The notes: a model not told the origin generated them from the sequence alone. Counted from the first letter of the stretch, positions 27,132-36,019 are shown. The stretch: DNA of 64,000 bases from an uncultured Bacteroidales bacterium (GCA_963844935.1 CAWJQH010000003.1:172430-236429); one strand, 5' to 3'. Program-made: numbers and translations.

Positions 27132-29771
27132 TCAGCTGCACTTAGATGTGCCGCAGTCGCTGCAGATGAGGCAACCCTCCTGGTAAACCAGGTTGGTGGA
27201 ACCGCATGTGCCGCACTTGCCCTTGGCCTTTGTTCCGTTGGGGATGTAACGCTTCAGCGAGCGCTCAATTCCGTTCTTCCATGTGTTGATGGATTCGCTG
27301 TCGAGCTTCATCGATGACACCAGCTCGACCACATCCTTGGCCGGCATCCCGTAGCGCAGCACACCTGATATCAGCCTGGCGTAATTCCAGAACTCAGGCT
27401 TGAACATATGAGACAGTCCCCCGAGAGTGTTCTTGTAACCGTACTTATCGGTGTACTGGAAGTCGTACCGGGTATTACCCGCATCGTCCTTGTTCTTGAT
27501 GATCTTTCCCTTGACAATGCTCTTGGGTATTGGGAACATCTCGTCATCCTGGAGGCCCGTGAAGATCTCATAAGGTACACCGTCCTTCAGCCCCACAAAG
27601 GCAATCCACTTCTCTTCATTATTCTGGAAGCGGAGTACGTCGGCCTCAAGCACCTTGGGCCTGATCGGGGACCAGTCCTGTTTCTTGTCCTCCTTGTTCG
27701 ATACAAGCACTCCTGCCCTCGAGCCGTCGCGGTAAACCGTTGCTCCCTTGCATCCTTCCTTCCACGCAGTTAGATAGAGCTCGGAGACAAGCTCTTCCTT
27801 TGCATCTGCAGGAAGGTTGATTGTCACGCTGATCGAGTGATCCACCCATTTCTGAATGGCTCCCTGCATGCGCACCTTGGCCATCCAGTCAACATCATTG
27901 GAGGTGGCCTTGTAGTAAGGCGATTTCTCAACAATTGTATTGATCTCCTCTTCGGTCATGCTCCTTACCTGTTCGTAGTCATAACCGTTCTGCTTCATCC
28001 ACTCGATGAACTTATGATGGAATACCACAAATTCTTCCCAGTGGTCGCCCACCTCGTCGGTGAAGCTCACCGTCACATCCTTGTCATTCGGATTCACCTT
28101 GCGGCGCCGCTTGTAGAAAGGCAGGAACACCGGTTCAATACCCGATGTTGTCTGGCTCATCAGGCTTGTTGATCCTGTCGGAGCGATTGTCAGCAGGGCA
28201 ATGTTGCGTCTGCCGTGTTTTTCCATCTCGGCGTACATCTCAGGATCAGCCTCGCGGAGACGGTTGATGAAAGGATTGTTACGTTCTCTTTCCTTGTCGT
28301 ACATCGGGAAAGCACCCCGCTCCTTTGCCATCTCGGTGGATGACCTGTATGCTTCAATGGCAAGTGTACGGTGCACACCGACTGAAAACTCTGTTGCCTC
28401 GTCGGTTCCGTACCGCAAACCCAGGGCAGCAAGCATGTCTCCCTCGGCGGTGATGCCGATGCCGGTACGTCTTCCTTCCTCGGTCTTATGCCGTATATTT
28501 TCCCACAGGTTCCGTTCAACAAGTTTCAGTTCCGCAGGTTCAGGATCATTGTCGATCTTGGCTATGATGGAATCTATCTTCTCCTGCTCAAGGTCGATGA
28601 TGTCATCCATGATCCTTTGTGAGAGATGTACATGCTCCCTGAACAGCTTATAGTCAAATGAGGCTTTTGGGGTAAAGGGGTTCTTGACATACCCGAAGAG
28701 GTTGATTGCAATCAGCCGGCAGCTGTCGTACGGGCAGAGCGGGATTTCGCCGCACGGATTCGTTGATACTGTCTCATAGCCCAGGTCGGCATAGCAGTCA
28801 GGCACGCTCTCGCGCTTGATTGTATCCCAGAAGAGCATCCCAGGCTCAGCTGATTTCCACGCATTATGGACTATCTTGTTCCAGAGCTTGCGTGCATCAA
28901 TCTCCTTAACGAATTTCGGATTTTCTGATTTGATCGGATACTGCTGGCGGAAGCTTCTGCCTTTGATCACCGACTCCATGAAGTCGTCTGTTATCTTCAC
29001 CGAGACGTTTGCGCCCGTGACTTTTCCTGCCTCAAGCTTAGCGTCGATAAAACTTTCGGCATCAGGATGCTTGATTGATATTGACAGCATGAGTGCGCCG
29101 CGGCGGCCGTCCTGGGCCACCTCGCGGGTTGAGTTTGAATAGCGCTCCATGAAAGGCACCACGCCCGTTGAGGTGAGCGCGCTGTTGAGCACCGGCGAGC
29201 CCTTGGGGCGTATGTGCGAGAGATCATGACCGACTCCGCCTCGGCGTTTCATGAGCTGCACCTGCTCCTGGTCGATCTTCATTATCCCGCCGTAGGAATC
29301 GGAATCGCCTTTGTTGCCTATGACAAAGCAGTTCGACAGCGAAGCGATCTGGTAGTCATTGCCTATTCCGGTCATCGGTCCGCCCTGCGGAATAATATAT
29401 TTGAAATCCTTAAAAGCCTTATAGATGGTTTCTGCCGGAAGCGGATTCGGGTACTTCAGTTCAATGCGGTGTATCTCTGAAGCAAGGCGACGGTGCATGT
29501 CGTCCGGAGTTTTTTCGTAGAGATTTCCAAATGAATCCTTCAGGGCATACTTGCTTGCCCATACCTTGGCTGCCAGGTCGTCACCGCCAAAGTACTCGCG
29601 TGTTGCCTTTATAGCATCCTCATAGAGGTAAGTGGTTTGTTCACTTGTCCCTTCCGGCATGGTCTCCTTCTCCGCCAATGTCTCTTCCTTTTTCAACTTC
29701 TTCTCCTCTTTTTTAATCATCTCCTTCTCGTTAGGGGCGACGGATGGCATGTGGACAAATGAATCTCCCAT
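27132..29771 (-). CDS. nrdJ: class II (adenosylcobalamin-dependent) ribonucleotide reductase
   Basis: 879-aa RNR core with TNPCGEIPL (active-site Cys-Glu) and YDSCRLIAINL. It lacks a class I partner beta subunit nearby. The C-terminal Cys-rich zinc ribbon CGTCGSTNLVYQEGCLICSDCGTSKC is typical of many class II enzymes. Confidence 0.85.
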   Translation of the reverse strand: MGDSFVHMPSVAPNEKEMIKKEEKKLKKEETLAEKETMPEGTSEQTTYLYEDAIKATREYFGGDDLAAKVWASKYALKDSFGNLYEKTPDDMHRRLASEIHRIELKYPNPLPAETIYKAFKDFKYIIPQGGPMTGIGNDYQIASLSNCFVIGNKGDSDSYGGIMKIDQEQVQLMKRRGGVGHDLSHIRPKGSPVLNSALTSTGVVPFMERYSNSTREVAQDGRRGALMLSISIKHPDAESFIDAKLEAGKVTGANVSVKITDDFMESVIKGRSFRQQYPIKSENPKFVKEIDARKLWNKIVHNAWKSAEPGMLFWDTIKRESVPDCYADLGYETVSTNPCGEIPLCPYDSCRLIAINLFGYVKNPFTPKASFDYKLFREHVHLSQRIMDDIIDLEQEKIDSIIAKIDNDPEPAELKLVERNLWENIRHKTEEGRRTGIGITAEGDMLAALGLRYGTDEATEFSVGVHRTLAIEAYRSSTEMAKERGAFPMYDKERERNNPFINRLREADPEMYAEMEKHGRRNIALLTIAPTGSTSLMSQTTSGIEPVFLPFYKRRRKVNPNDKDVTVSFTDEVGDHWEEFVVFHHKFIEWMKQNGYDYEQVRSMTEEEINTIVEKSPYYKATSNDVDWMAKVRMQGAIQKWVDHSISVTINLPADAKEELVSELYLTAWKEGCKGATVYRDGSRAGVLVSNKEDKKQDWSPIRPKVLEADVLRFQNNEEKWIAFVGLKDGVPYEIFTGLQDDEMFPIPKSIVKGKIIKNKDDAGNTRYDFQYTDKYGYKNTLGGLSHMFKPEFWNYARLISGVLRYGMPAKDVVELVSSMKLDSESINTWKNGIERSLKRYIPNGTKAKGKCGTCGSTNLVYQEGCLICSDCGTSKCS

Positions 29772-29928
29772 TATAGTGCAAGAATATTACAGTTTGAAAA
29801 TAAGCTACTTAATCTACCTTCGATAAAAATGAACGGGTTTTGCTAAAATAGACTAGTAAGTGAGAGGAGACAAGAATAAAAGTTCTCTTTTATCAACATA
29901 CATATTAACTTTATAAACCGCTGTGGTG

Positions 29929-29959
29929 AAAAAAAAGAGGCCGGTTCCCCGGCCTCTTT
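29929..29959 (-). terminator. rho-independent terminator downstream of the TonB receptor gene
   Basis: On the minus strand: GAGGCCGG-GGAA-CCGGCCTC stem-loop (extendable by A-T pairs) followed by T8; 22 nt after the receptor stop. Confidence 0.8.
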
Positions 29960-29980
29960 AAACAACTGAAAATAAGCCGT

Positions 29981-32900
29981 TTAGAAGATGAGACGAATAC
30001 CCAGCAGGCAACCCCATGTACTTGAGGTACTTAAGCTCTTGCTGAGAGTGGTCTTATTAGTAAAATCTTCCAGAGATGTGGCATTGAGCCTGTATGTCGG
30101 AGCCGCAGTTGCGCTGCCCCTGTTGACAACTGTCAGCGGGCGAACGTTTTCATAGCTGGCCAGGGGGTTGTATGTGTATGTGCCCCAGCTGTCATTTATC
30201 ATGTTGCCCACATTCAGGAGGTCGACGCTGAACTGGAGAGTATACTTGCGCTCTGACCCGAAGTTTGTAAAGAGATCCTGAATGATTTTGGCGTCAAACC
30301 TGTGCATCCAGGGCTGAATTTCGCCGTATCTTTCAGCGTACTGACCCTTGCGGCTGCTGAGATATTCATTGCGGTTGACATATTCCCAGAATGCATTCTG
30401 CTGTTCTTCTGCAGTCATTAATGTTCCTCCGGATGGAGTATAATTTACAAAGGTAATTTCAGATGCAGTTTCCGGGATATACATAATGTCAGCTGTTATT
30501 CCATCGCCGTTAAGGTCGTTGGAATATGTGTATGTCCACCTTCCTGTCTGATAACCCTGGTATACCAGCGAGAATGTGGTTGCAAAGTGTTTAGCATATT
30601 CAATCTTGTATGATACACTACCGATAAGTTTGTGAGGAGTGGAGAAAAGTGAATAGCTCATTTCAGGATCGTTCAGACTTCCGATAGAAGTATTGGATGA
30701 ATAAGCTGAATAAGCTGACGAACCTGGGTTGGCGCTGATGTCTTTTGCCTCAGTAAAAGTATATGCAAACATACCGGACAGACCTTTGGTGAAGTTCTTG
30801 GTCAGCATTGCAGTAACCGAATACTGGTAACCCTGCTTGGTATTTCTCAGCTCCGTAGCTGCACTGACAGTACTGACAACCTTGGCTGCAGTGCTGTTTG
30901 ACCAGAACATACGGTTATCCGGGCCGGCCAGCGTTCCTGTTGGATCCGACAGGTTTATGTTTATCTGCTGGACTGCATTGATATCCTTTGAATACATGCC
31001 CTCCAGAGTAAATATCATACTCCACGGCAGTTCAACGTCAACAGCTAAGTTAGAGCGCCATATCTGCGGGAATTTAAATTTCTTGCCGACCTGGGTAAGT
31101 GTAGAATTGTTCGGCAGCGTGCTTGGACTCTGCGGGAAAAGAGTGGGATCGCTTGCTATGTACTCTTTAAAATCAGGATTGAATTCCAGTCCCACAAGGT
31201 TTGGATTACCCGGGCCCCAGCCAATTTCAGGCGACTGAATAACGCCGGAGTTGGTTGGCTGGTTGGTGAACCATACAAACGGAAGCATACCGGTAAAGAC
31301 ACCTGTTCCTCCGCGAACCTGCAGAGAGCGGTCTCCTCTTACATCCCAGTTAAATCCGAGGCGCGGTGAGACAACAAGCTGGCTCTCGGGCCATGTGCCA
31401 ACGTCCATTTTCTGGCCGCCGTAAAAAGTGAGGGCTGCGATGGCAGGGTTATCCTGCAGTTCTTCCAGGTACAGCGGTAGTTCCAGGCGAACACCGTAGG
31501 TAAGTTTAAGTTTGGGCACAACTGCCCACTCATCCTGTGCATAAACCGATGCAAACCCAAAGGTTGCAGTTGCACCCGGTGCATCCTCACCGTTATAACC
31601 GTAAGTAACCCCAAACCCGCTGGGATCAGCACCATTTAAGAAATCATCCACAGAGGCATAACGGTAATAGGAGGTACCTTCGCGGATATATGAATTACGG
31701 AACCAAAGACGGTCAAATGAGATACCTGCGGTAAGAGTGTGGTTATTAAGGTTTATTGAGAGGTTATCAGTAAATGTCATTGTCTTGTTCTGGACATCAT
31801 TGTTATATGAGAAGAGCTCATAGCCGAATGACATGTACTGATCACCGCCTTCCCAGATGTCAACAAAGGGGAAAAGGTCCGAATTGCTGGTACGGGTATC
31901 CTGTATAAAAGTATAGCTGGCAAGGAACTTGTTCGAGAACTTGCTTCCGAAACTGCTGTTAAGTTCACCGGTGATTGAACGCACTGTGTTCTTAAACCCG
32001 TAGAATGCATTCGAGAAAGCCATTGACTGGCTGCTGATACGGCCGGAGTTTCTTGCGTTGTTTGGCGGGCCGCTGGTAGGATTGGTTTGCTGGTCTGAGG
32101 TACCGACAACATCATTGTAACGGATAGTGAATTTGTGATCCTTGTTGATGTTCCAGTCGAGGCGGGCAAGTATTTTAGTATTTATATTTTTGAAGGGATC
32201 ATAGTCCTTGTATTTGCCCGGATCGTAGTTATATGTTTCAAGCAGGTGATCTCTGACTGCGACCATGTCTGATTCAAGTGTTCTTGAGATCATCAGGTCC
32301 TGGTTGGCTACGCCGTCTGTACTTGGTTTCCACGTAACTCCCGGAATAGTCTCGGTACCATACTCACCGCTGAGGAAGAAGAAGAGTTTGTTCTTGATGA
32401 TGGGTCCGCCGATGCGTCCGCCGAAGTTAAGTGAACTTCTGGAGTTTGCTCCAACAACTTCCTTTCCGTCAACAGTGTTTCCGGTAAATAATTCCGGACG
32501 AATGTATGTATAAACTGATCCCTTGAACTCATTGTCACCGCTGCGTGTGACGGCGTTGATACTGGCGCCTGTGAACTGTGACATACGCACATCATAGGGT
32601 GCCATACTTACTGAAATTTCCTCAATGGCATCAAGTGCGATCGGTTGTGATTCGCCGCCGGGGAGAGGATTGCTGCTCAGTCCGAAGTTGTTGTTGAAAG
32701 CGGCGCCGTCAATTGTAATGGTGTTGAAACGTCCGTCCCTTCCTCCGAATGAGTTACCCTGTGCCTGGGGAGTAAACTTGGTGAAATCGGTGATACTCCT
32801 GCTGATCGACGGCATGCTTGCCAGCTCACGTCCGCTGACGTTGGTCTGGGTACCTGCACGCTCTGAACTGAGGATTGAGTTCTTGAGCCCAGCCGTAACA

Positions 32901-33259
32901 ACAACTTCCTGCAATGCCGTAGTAGTTTCAGTCAGCTGGCCGTTCTGAACATAGTTTTCACCAAGCTTGAGATAAATATCAGTGTAGGTGTTGGCTGAAT
33001 AACCCACGAAGGAGACATCAACCTTGTAAGGACCGCCGATACGCATGTTCTGGATCCTGTAGTTGCCGGAATTATCACACAGTGCTGCGTACTGCGTTCC
33101 TGATGGAACGTGCACCGCAACAACGGTAGCACCCGGAAGAGATTCTCCGTTCGAGTCGGTAATTTTTCCACTTAGTGAAGAGGTCGTCACCTGGGCCATC
33201 AGGGTCATTGACCCCAGGAACAGCGACAACAGAATGAAAGTGAACTTAAGTTTTCGCAT
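29981..33259 (-). CDS. TonB-dependent outer-membrane receptor with N-terminal CarboxypepD_reg domain (Oar-like; no SusD partner)
   Basis: 1092 aa. Signal peptide (MRKLKFTFILLSLFLGSMTLMAQ), then a carboxypeptidase-regulatory-like fold (GKITDSNGESLPGATVVAV...GNYRIQNM), a plug, a long beta-barrel, and a C-terminal ...GIRLIF ending in the terminal aromatic residue. Confidence 0.85.
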   Translation of the reverse strand: MRKLKFTFILLSLFLGSMTLMAQVTTSSLSGKITDSNGESLPGATVVAVHVPSGTQYAALCDNSGNYRIQNMRIGGPYKVDVSFVGYSANTYTDIYLKLGENYVQNGQLTETTTALQEVVVTAGLKNSILSSERAGTQTNVSGRELASMPSISRSITDFTKFTPQAQGNSFGGRDGRFNTITIDGAAFNNNFGLSSNPLPGGESQPIALDAIEEISVSMAPYDVRMSQFTGASINAVTRSGDNEFKGSVYTYIRPELFTGNTVDGKEVVGANSRSSLNFGGRIGGPIIKNKLFFFLSGEYGTETIPGVTWKPSTDGVANQDLMISRTLESDMVAVRDHLLETYNYDPGKYKDYDPFKNINTKILARLDWNINKDHKFTIRYNDVVGTSDQQTNPTSGPPNNARNSGRISSQSMAFSNAFYGFKNTVRSITGELNSSFGSKFSNKFLASYTFIQDTRTSNSDLFPFVDIWEGGDQYMSFGYELFSYNNDVQNKTMTFTDNLSINLNNHTLTAGISFDRLWFRNSYIREGTSYYRYASVDDFLNGADPSGFGVTYGYNGEDAPGATATFGFASVYAQDEWAVVPKLKLTYGVRLELPLYLEELQDNPAIAALTFYGGQKMDVGTWPESQLVVSPRLGFNWDVRGDRSLQVRGGTGVFTGMLPFVWFTNQPTNSGVIQSPEIGWGPGNPNLVGLEFNPDFKEYIASDPTLFPQSPSTLPNNSTLTQVGKKFKFPQIWRSNLAVDVELPWSMIFTLEGMYSKDINAVQQININLSDPTGTLAGPDNRMFWSNSTAAKVVSTVSAATELRNTKQGYQYSVTAMLTKNFTKGLSGMFAYTFTEAKDISANPGSSAYSAYSSNTSIGSLNDPEMSYSLFSTPHKLIGSVSYKIEYAKHFATTFSLVYQGYQTGRWTYTYSNDLNGDGITADIMYIPETASEITFVNYTPSGGTLMTAEEQQNAFWEYVNRNEYLSSRKGQYAERYGEIQPWMHRFDAKIIQDLFTNFGSERKYTLQFSVDLLNVGNMINDSWGTYTYNPLASYENVRPLTVVNRGSATAAPTYRLNATSLEDFTNKTTLSKSLSTSSTWGCLLGIRLIF

Positions 33260-33425
33260 AATTTGATTGAGTTAGAATGTTTATGGTTATAGTTGGTTGT
33301 AATAAATTGAATGTCAGTGACTTATAAATGCGGTTCTCTCCGGGTAAGGCAGAGCGTTAAATTACATTTCCGGTCAGACTTTCTTTGGATTTGGCATTTC
33401 GTAATTATGAACAAGTTTTTAACGT

Positions 33426-33445
33426 GTTATCAATAAGTTATCAAT
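33426..33445. promoter_or_regulatory. direct repeat GTTATCAAT-AA-GTTATCAAT (11-bp period), candidate regulator binding site
   Basis: Two perfect 9-mers one helical turn apart, about 170 bp upstream of the TonB receptor start and overlapping the stop of the small minus-strand ORF. Confidence 0.3.
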
Positions 33446-33680
33446 CAGGTGTTTTGAATACACAATTCAATTACATTGCATGTAACGCCCTTATTTTCTG
33501 CAAGATACAAATAGCCGTCCTCTCTGGCAGAGCTAAGCGCCGCATTGTCAGACAGATACTTTTCAACAGATGCATAATCTGACCCGGAATTGTCAAAAAA
33601 ACCGTTCCGCCATGCCTGCCAGGGTCCTCTGCAAAATGAAATTTATTTAAGCCCTGGTCAGTCAACACGTCCAAAGTCAT
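33445..33680 (-). pseudogene. small ORF (about 78 aa if repaired) interrupted by a 1-nt frameshift at a C-run; unknown function
   Basis: ATG 33680 gives MTLDVLTDQGLNKFHFAEDP. A second frame then continues with no start codon as WQAWRNGFFDNSGSDYASVEKYLSDNAALSSAREDGYLYLAENKGVTCNVIELCIQNT*. The frames join at CCC (33622-33624, minus strand). Confidence 0.35.
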
Positions 33681-33782
33681 TTTTATACCTTAATTATAAT
33701 ACTCCTGTACGCTTTCCTTCCTTAACAGGAGACAAAATGAGCAACATTAATTCATTTTGGCGTCGCAAAGGTAATAAACTCA

Positions 33783-33790
33783 TAATTTTG
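33783..33790 (+). promoter_or_regulatory. -7 promoter motif TAATTTTG
   Basis: Exact TAnnTTTG match 22 nt upstream of the histidine kinase ATG. Confidence 0.4.
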
Positions 33791-33812
33791 TACGAATTAA
33801 ATTTTTGTTACA

Positions 33813-34760
33813 ATGGTACGTCTGATCGCCCTCATCATTTCAATAGCGCTGCAGATTATTGCTGCCGTCATCGCCCTCCGCTTCATGAAGATGACAAGGT
33901 ACAGGCTCTCCTGGATACTGCTCTCCATCTCCTTCGTGCTGATGTCGCTGCGAACGATGATCCAGCTGATAGAGTACTTCCAGGGCAAGCCGTCCTTTGA
34001 GCTCACAATGATGGATGACTGGATGAATGTGCTGATATCTGTGTTGATTATTTCCGGCGTAGTTCTTATAAGGGAACTCTTCACATCTCTCAAGCGGGCT
34101 GAGACCGACAGGATGCGGTCTGACCGCAGGCTGCTCAACGCCATCATCACCACCGAGGAGACAGAGAAGAAGAGGTTTGCCAAGGATCTGCACGACGGGC
34201 TCGGACCTCTTTTATCCACCGTGAAAATGTCGCTCTCGGCTCTTACACCCATGGTGTCTGATGCCGTGGGCAAGGAGATTCTCGGCAACACCAACCATGT
34301 TGTCAACGAGGCTCTCAGTACAATCAAGGAGATAGCAAACAACATGAGCCCTCATGTGCTGACAAACCTCGGTGTTGCCAGCGCCATTAGCACCTTCGCT
34401 GCAAAAGTGAACCAGACAAGGAGCGTCAGCATTGATTTCCGGACAAACATGGAAGGTGAACGGTTTGACACGGACAAGGAGGTGGTGATCTACAGGGCAG
34501 CCTGCGAGCTGATCAACAACGGAATGAAACACTCGGGAGCATCGAAGATTGAAATGGATCTGCACCGCCATCAAAAAATTATTACCTTGCAGTATCTTGA
34601 TAACGGGAGGGGATTTGACACAGAGATGCTGACCTCGGAAGAAGCTGTGGGCATGGGAATTCCGAACATCGAGACAAGGGTGAGGGCAGTGGACGGAGTA
34701 TTCCTGATAGAGAGCTCGAAGGGTAAGGGAACAAGCGCACTGATCAGGGTCAATTATTAA
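33813..34760 (+). CDS. membrane sensor histidine kinase (HisKA_3 / NarL-partner type)
   Basis: Three N-terminal TM helices, the H-box FAKDLHDGLGPLL, and HATPase_c boxes (ELINNGMKHSGA, DNGRGF, GMGIPNI). Confidence 0.85.
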   Translation: MVRLIALIISIALQIIAAVIALRFMKMTRYRLSWILLSISFVLMSLRTMIQLIEYFQGKPSFELTMMDDWMNVLISVLIISGVVLIRELFTSLKRAETDRMRSDRRLLNAIITTEETEKKRFAKDLHDGLGPLLSTVKMSLSALTPMVSDAVGKEILGNTNHVVNEALSTIKEIANNMSPHVLTNLGVASAISTFAAKVNQTRSVSIDFRTNMEGERFDTDKEVVIYRAACELINNGMKHSGASKIEMDLHRHQKIITLQYLDNGRGFDTEMLTSEEAVGMGIPNIETRVRAVDGVFLIESSKGKGTSALIRVNY

Positions 34761-34767
34761 GGCAGTA

Positions 34768-34845
34768 GGCAATAGGCAGTAGAGGGCCGAGAGTAAATAA
34801 TTTGCCCGGTGGGCAAATTTAGCGAGGAGCCAGATTGCAGGGGAG
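34768..34845. repeat. structured intergenic repeat, family 1, copy 2 (kinase - regulator spacer)
   Basis: Same flanks as 4316-4394. The central hairpin AATTTGCCC-GGT-GGGCAAATT (34799-34819) has the same 9-bp stem and 3-nt loop geometry but an unrelated sequence. Confidence 0.7.
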
Positions 34846-34914
34846 GTAAAGGGTAAGTGCAGAGGGCATGGATAAAAATATATTGCCCGCAGGGCATTAA
34901 GTATTGCAGAAAAA

Positions 34915-35556
34915 ATGGATAAAATAAGAATTGCACTCGCTGATGACCATCAGCTGTTCAGGAACGGACTGAAGATTTTACTGGGTAGCTTCAGTGAGTT
35001 TGAGGTGGTAGCCGAAGCTTCCAACGGCAATGAGATTCTGAGAGCCATGGAGACCAGCCCCTCCGATATCGTACTCATGGATATAAGCATGCCGGAGATG
35101 GACGGAGTGGAGGCAACGGGCATACTGTCGCGTCAGTTTCCCGGTACAAGAGTGATTGCTCTTTCAATGTACGGCGAAGAAGAATATTACTACAGGATGA
35201 TTGATGCCGGCGCAAAGGGCTTTATCCTCAAAGACTCAGACATAACCGACGTGCATGACGCAATCATCGCAGTATTCAAAGGCGGCAATTACTTCTCCCA
35301 GGAACTGCTCTACCATGTAATCAACCGCATCAAGAACAGGGAACAGGAGGTAAAGAGCTCAAGCCTCTCGAAACGTGAGAAGGAGATACTGCTGAAGATC
35401 TGTGAAGGACTTTCAAACCATGAAATTGCCGACACACTCTTCATAAGCAAACGCACCGTCGACAAGCACCGTGCCAACCTCCTGGCAAAGACGGGCTCAA
35501 AGAATACAGCCAGCCTCATTCTGTACGCCATAAAAAACAGGCTGATAGAGATCTGA
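34915..35556 (+). CDS. NarL/LuxR-family response regulator
   Basis: REC domain (IALADDH, VLMDISMPEMDG) plus a C-terminal LuxR HTH (LSKREKEILLKICEGLSNHEIADTLFISKRTVDKHRANLLAK). Confidence 0.9.
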   Translation: MDKIRIALADDHQLFRNGLKILLGSFSEFEVVAEASNGNEILRAMETSPSDIVLMDISMPEMDGVEATGILSRQFPGTRVIALSMYGEEEYYYRMIDAGAKGFILKDSDITDVHDAIIAVFKGGNYFSQELLYHVINRIKNREQEVKSSSLSKREKEILLKICEGLSNHEIADTLFISKRTVDKHRANLLAKTGSKNTASLILYAIKNRLIEI

Positions 35557-35557
35557 C

Positions 35558-35920
35558 ATGAGCGATAAGACATCGCTGGGCATCAGGGGCGAAGAGATGG
35601 CTGCCGGCTGGCTCAGTCAGAAGGGTTACACCATACGCGACAGGAACTGGAGGTCAGGACGGACAGAGATCGATATCATTGCAGAGACCAGTGACTGTAT
35701 AGTCTTTGTGGAGGTAAAGACAAGATCAGCCGGTTACCAGGTCAGTCCTGCCGATGCCGTCAACGTACCCAAACAACGGACAATAATCTTTGCCGCATCG
35801 AACTATTTAAACCAGTACAGCCTTAATAAGGAAGCGAGGTTCGATATTATCACCCTCATTTCAAACGGATCCGAATGGGAAATAGATCATATTGAAAATG
35901 CCTTTTATCCTACGATGTGA
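35558..35920 (+). CDS. yraN: YraN-family (UPF0102) predicted endonuclease
   Basis: 120 aa; GEEMAAGWLSQKGYTIRDRNWR, EIDIIA and VFVEVKTR, characteristic of the family; starts 1 nt after the regulator stop. Confidence 0.8.
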   Translation: MSDKTSLGIRGEEMAAGWLSQKGYTIRDRNWRSGRTEIDIIAETSDCIVFVEVKTRSAGYQVSPADAVNVPKQRTIIFAASNYLNQYSLNKEARFDIITLISNGSEWEIDHIENAFYPTM

Positions 35921-35975
35921 CCGGCAGGATTTACTGCAGCTGCTTAAAAACATTTTTCTGACCGGATATTTTGAA

Positions 35976-35983
35976 TATTTTTG
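35976..35983 (+). promoter_or_regulatory. -7 promoter motif TATTTTTG
   Basis: Exact TAnnTTTG match 36 nt upstream of the pepC ATG. Confidence 0.4.
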
Positions 35984-36019
35984 ACCTGAACCCAATCATT
36001 AATTAACAATTATACAAAA

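Noticed and set aside
29772-29928. Possible cobalamin riboswitch or NrdR boxes upstream of nrdJ. The region 33260-33480, upstream of the TonB receptor, was also inspected.
   Set aside because: Reading the minus strand by eye, I found no B12-box-like conserved core, no multi-stem junction and no paired NrdR-type palindromes. Only a covariance-model scan could settle this.
33590-34000. 136-aa plus-strand ORF spanning the kinase upstream region and the kinase 5' end.
   Set aside because: It runs out of frame through the kinase gene and across promoter-like AT-rich DNA, and its translation has no protein-like features.
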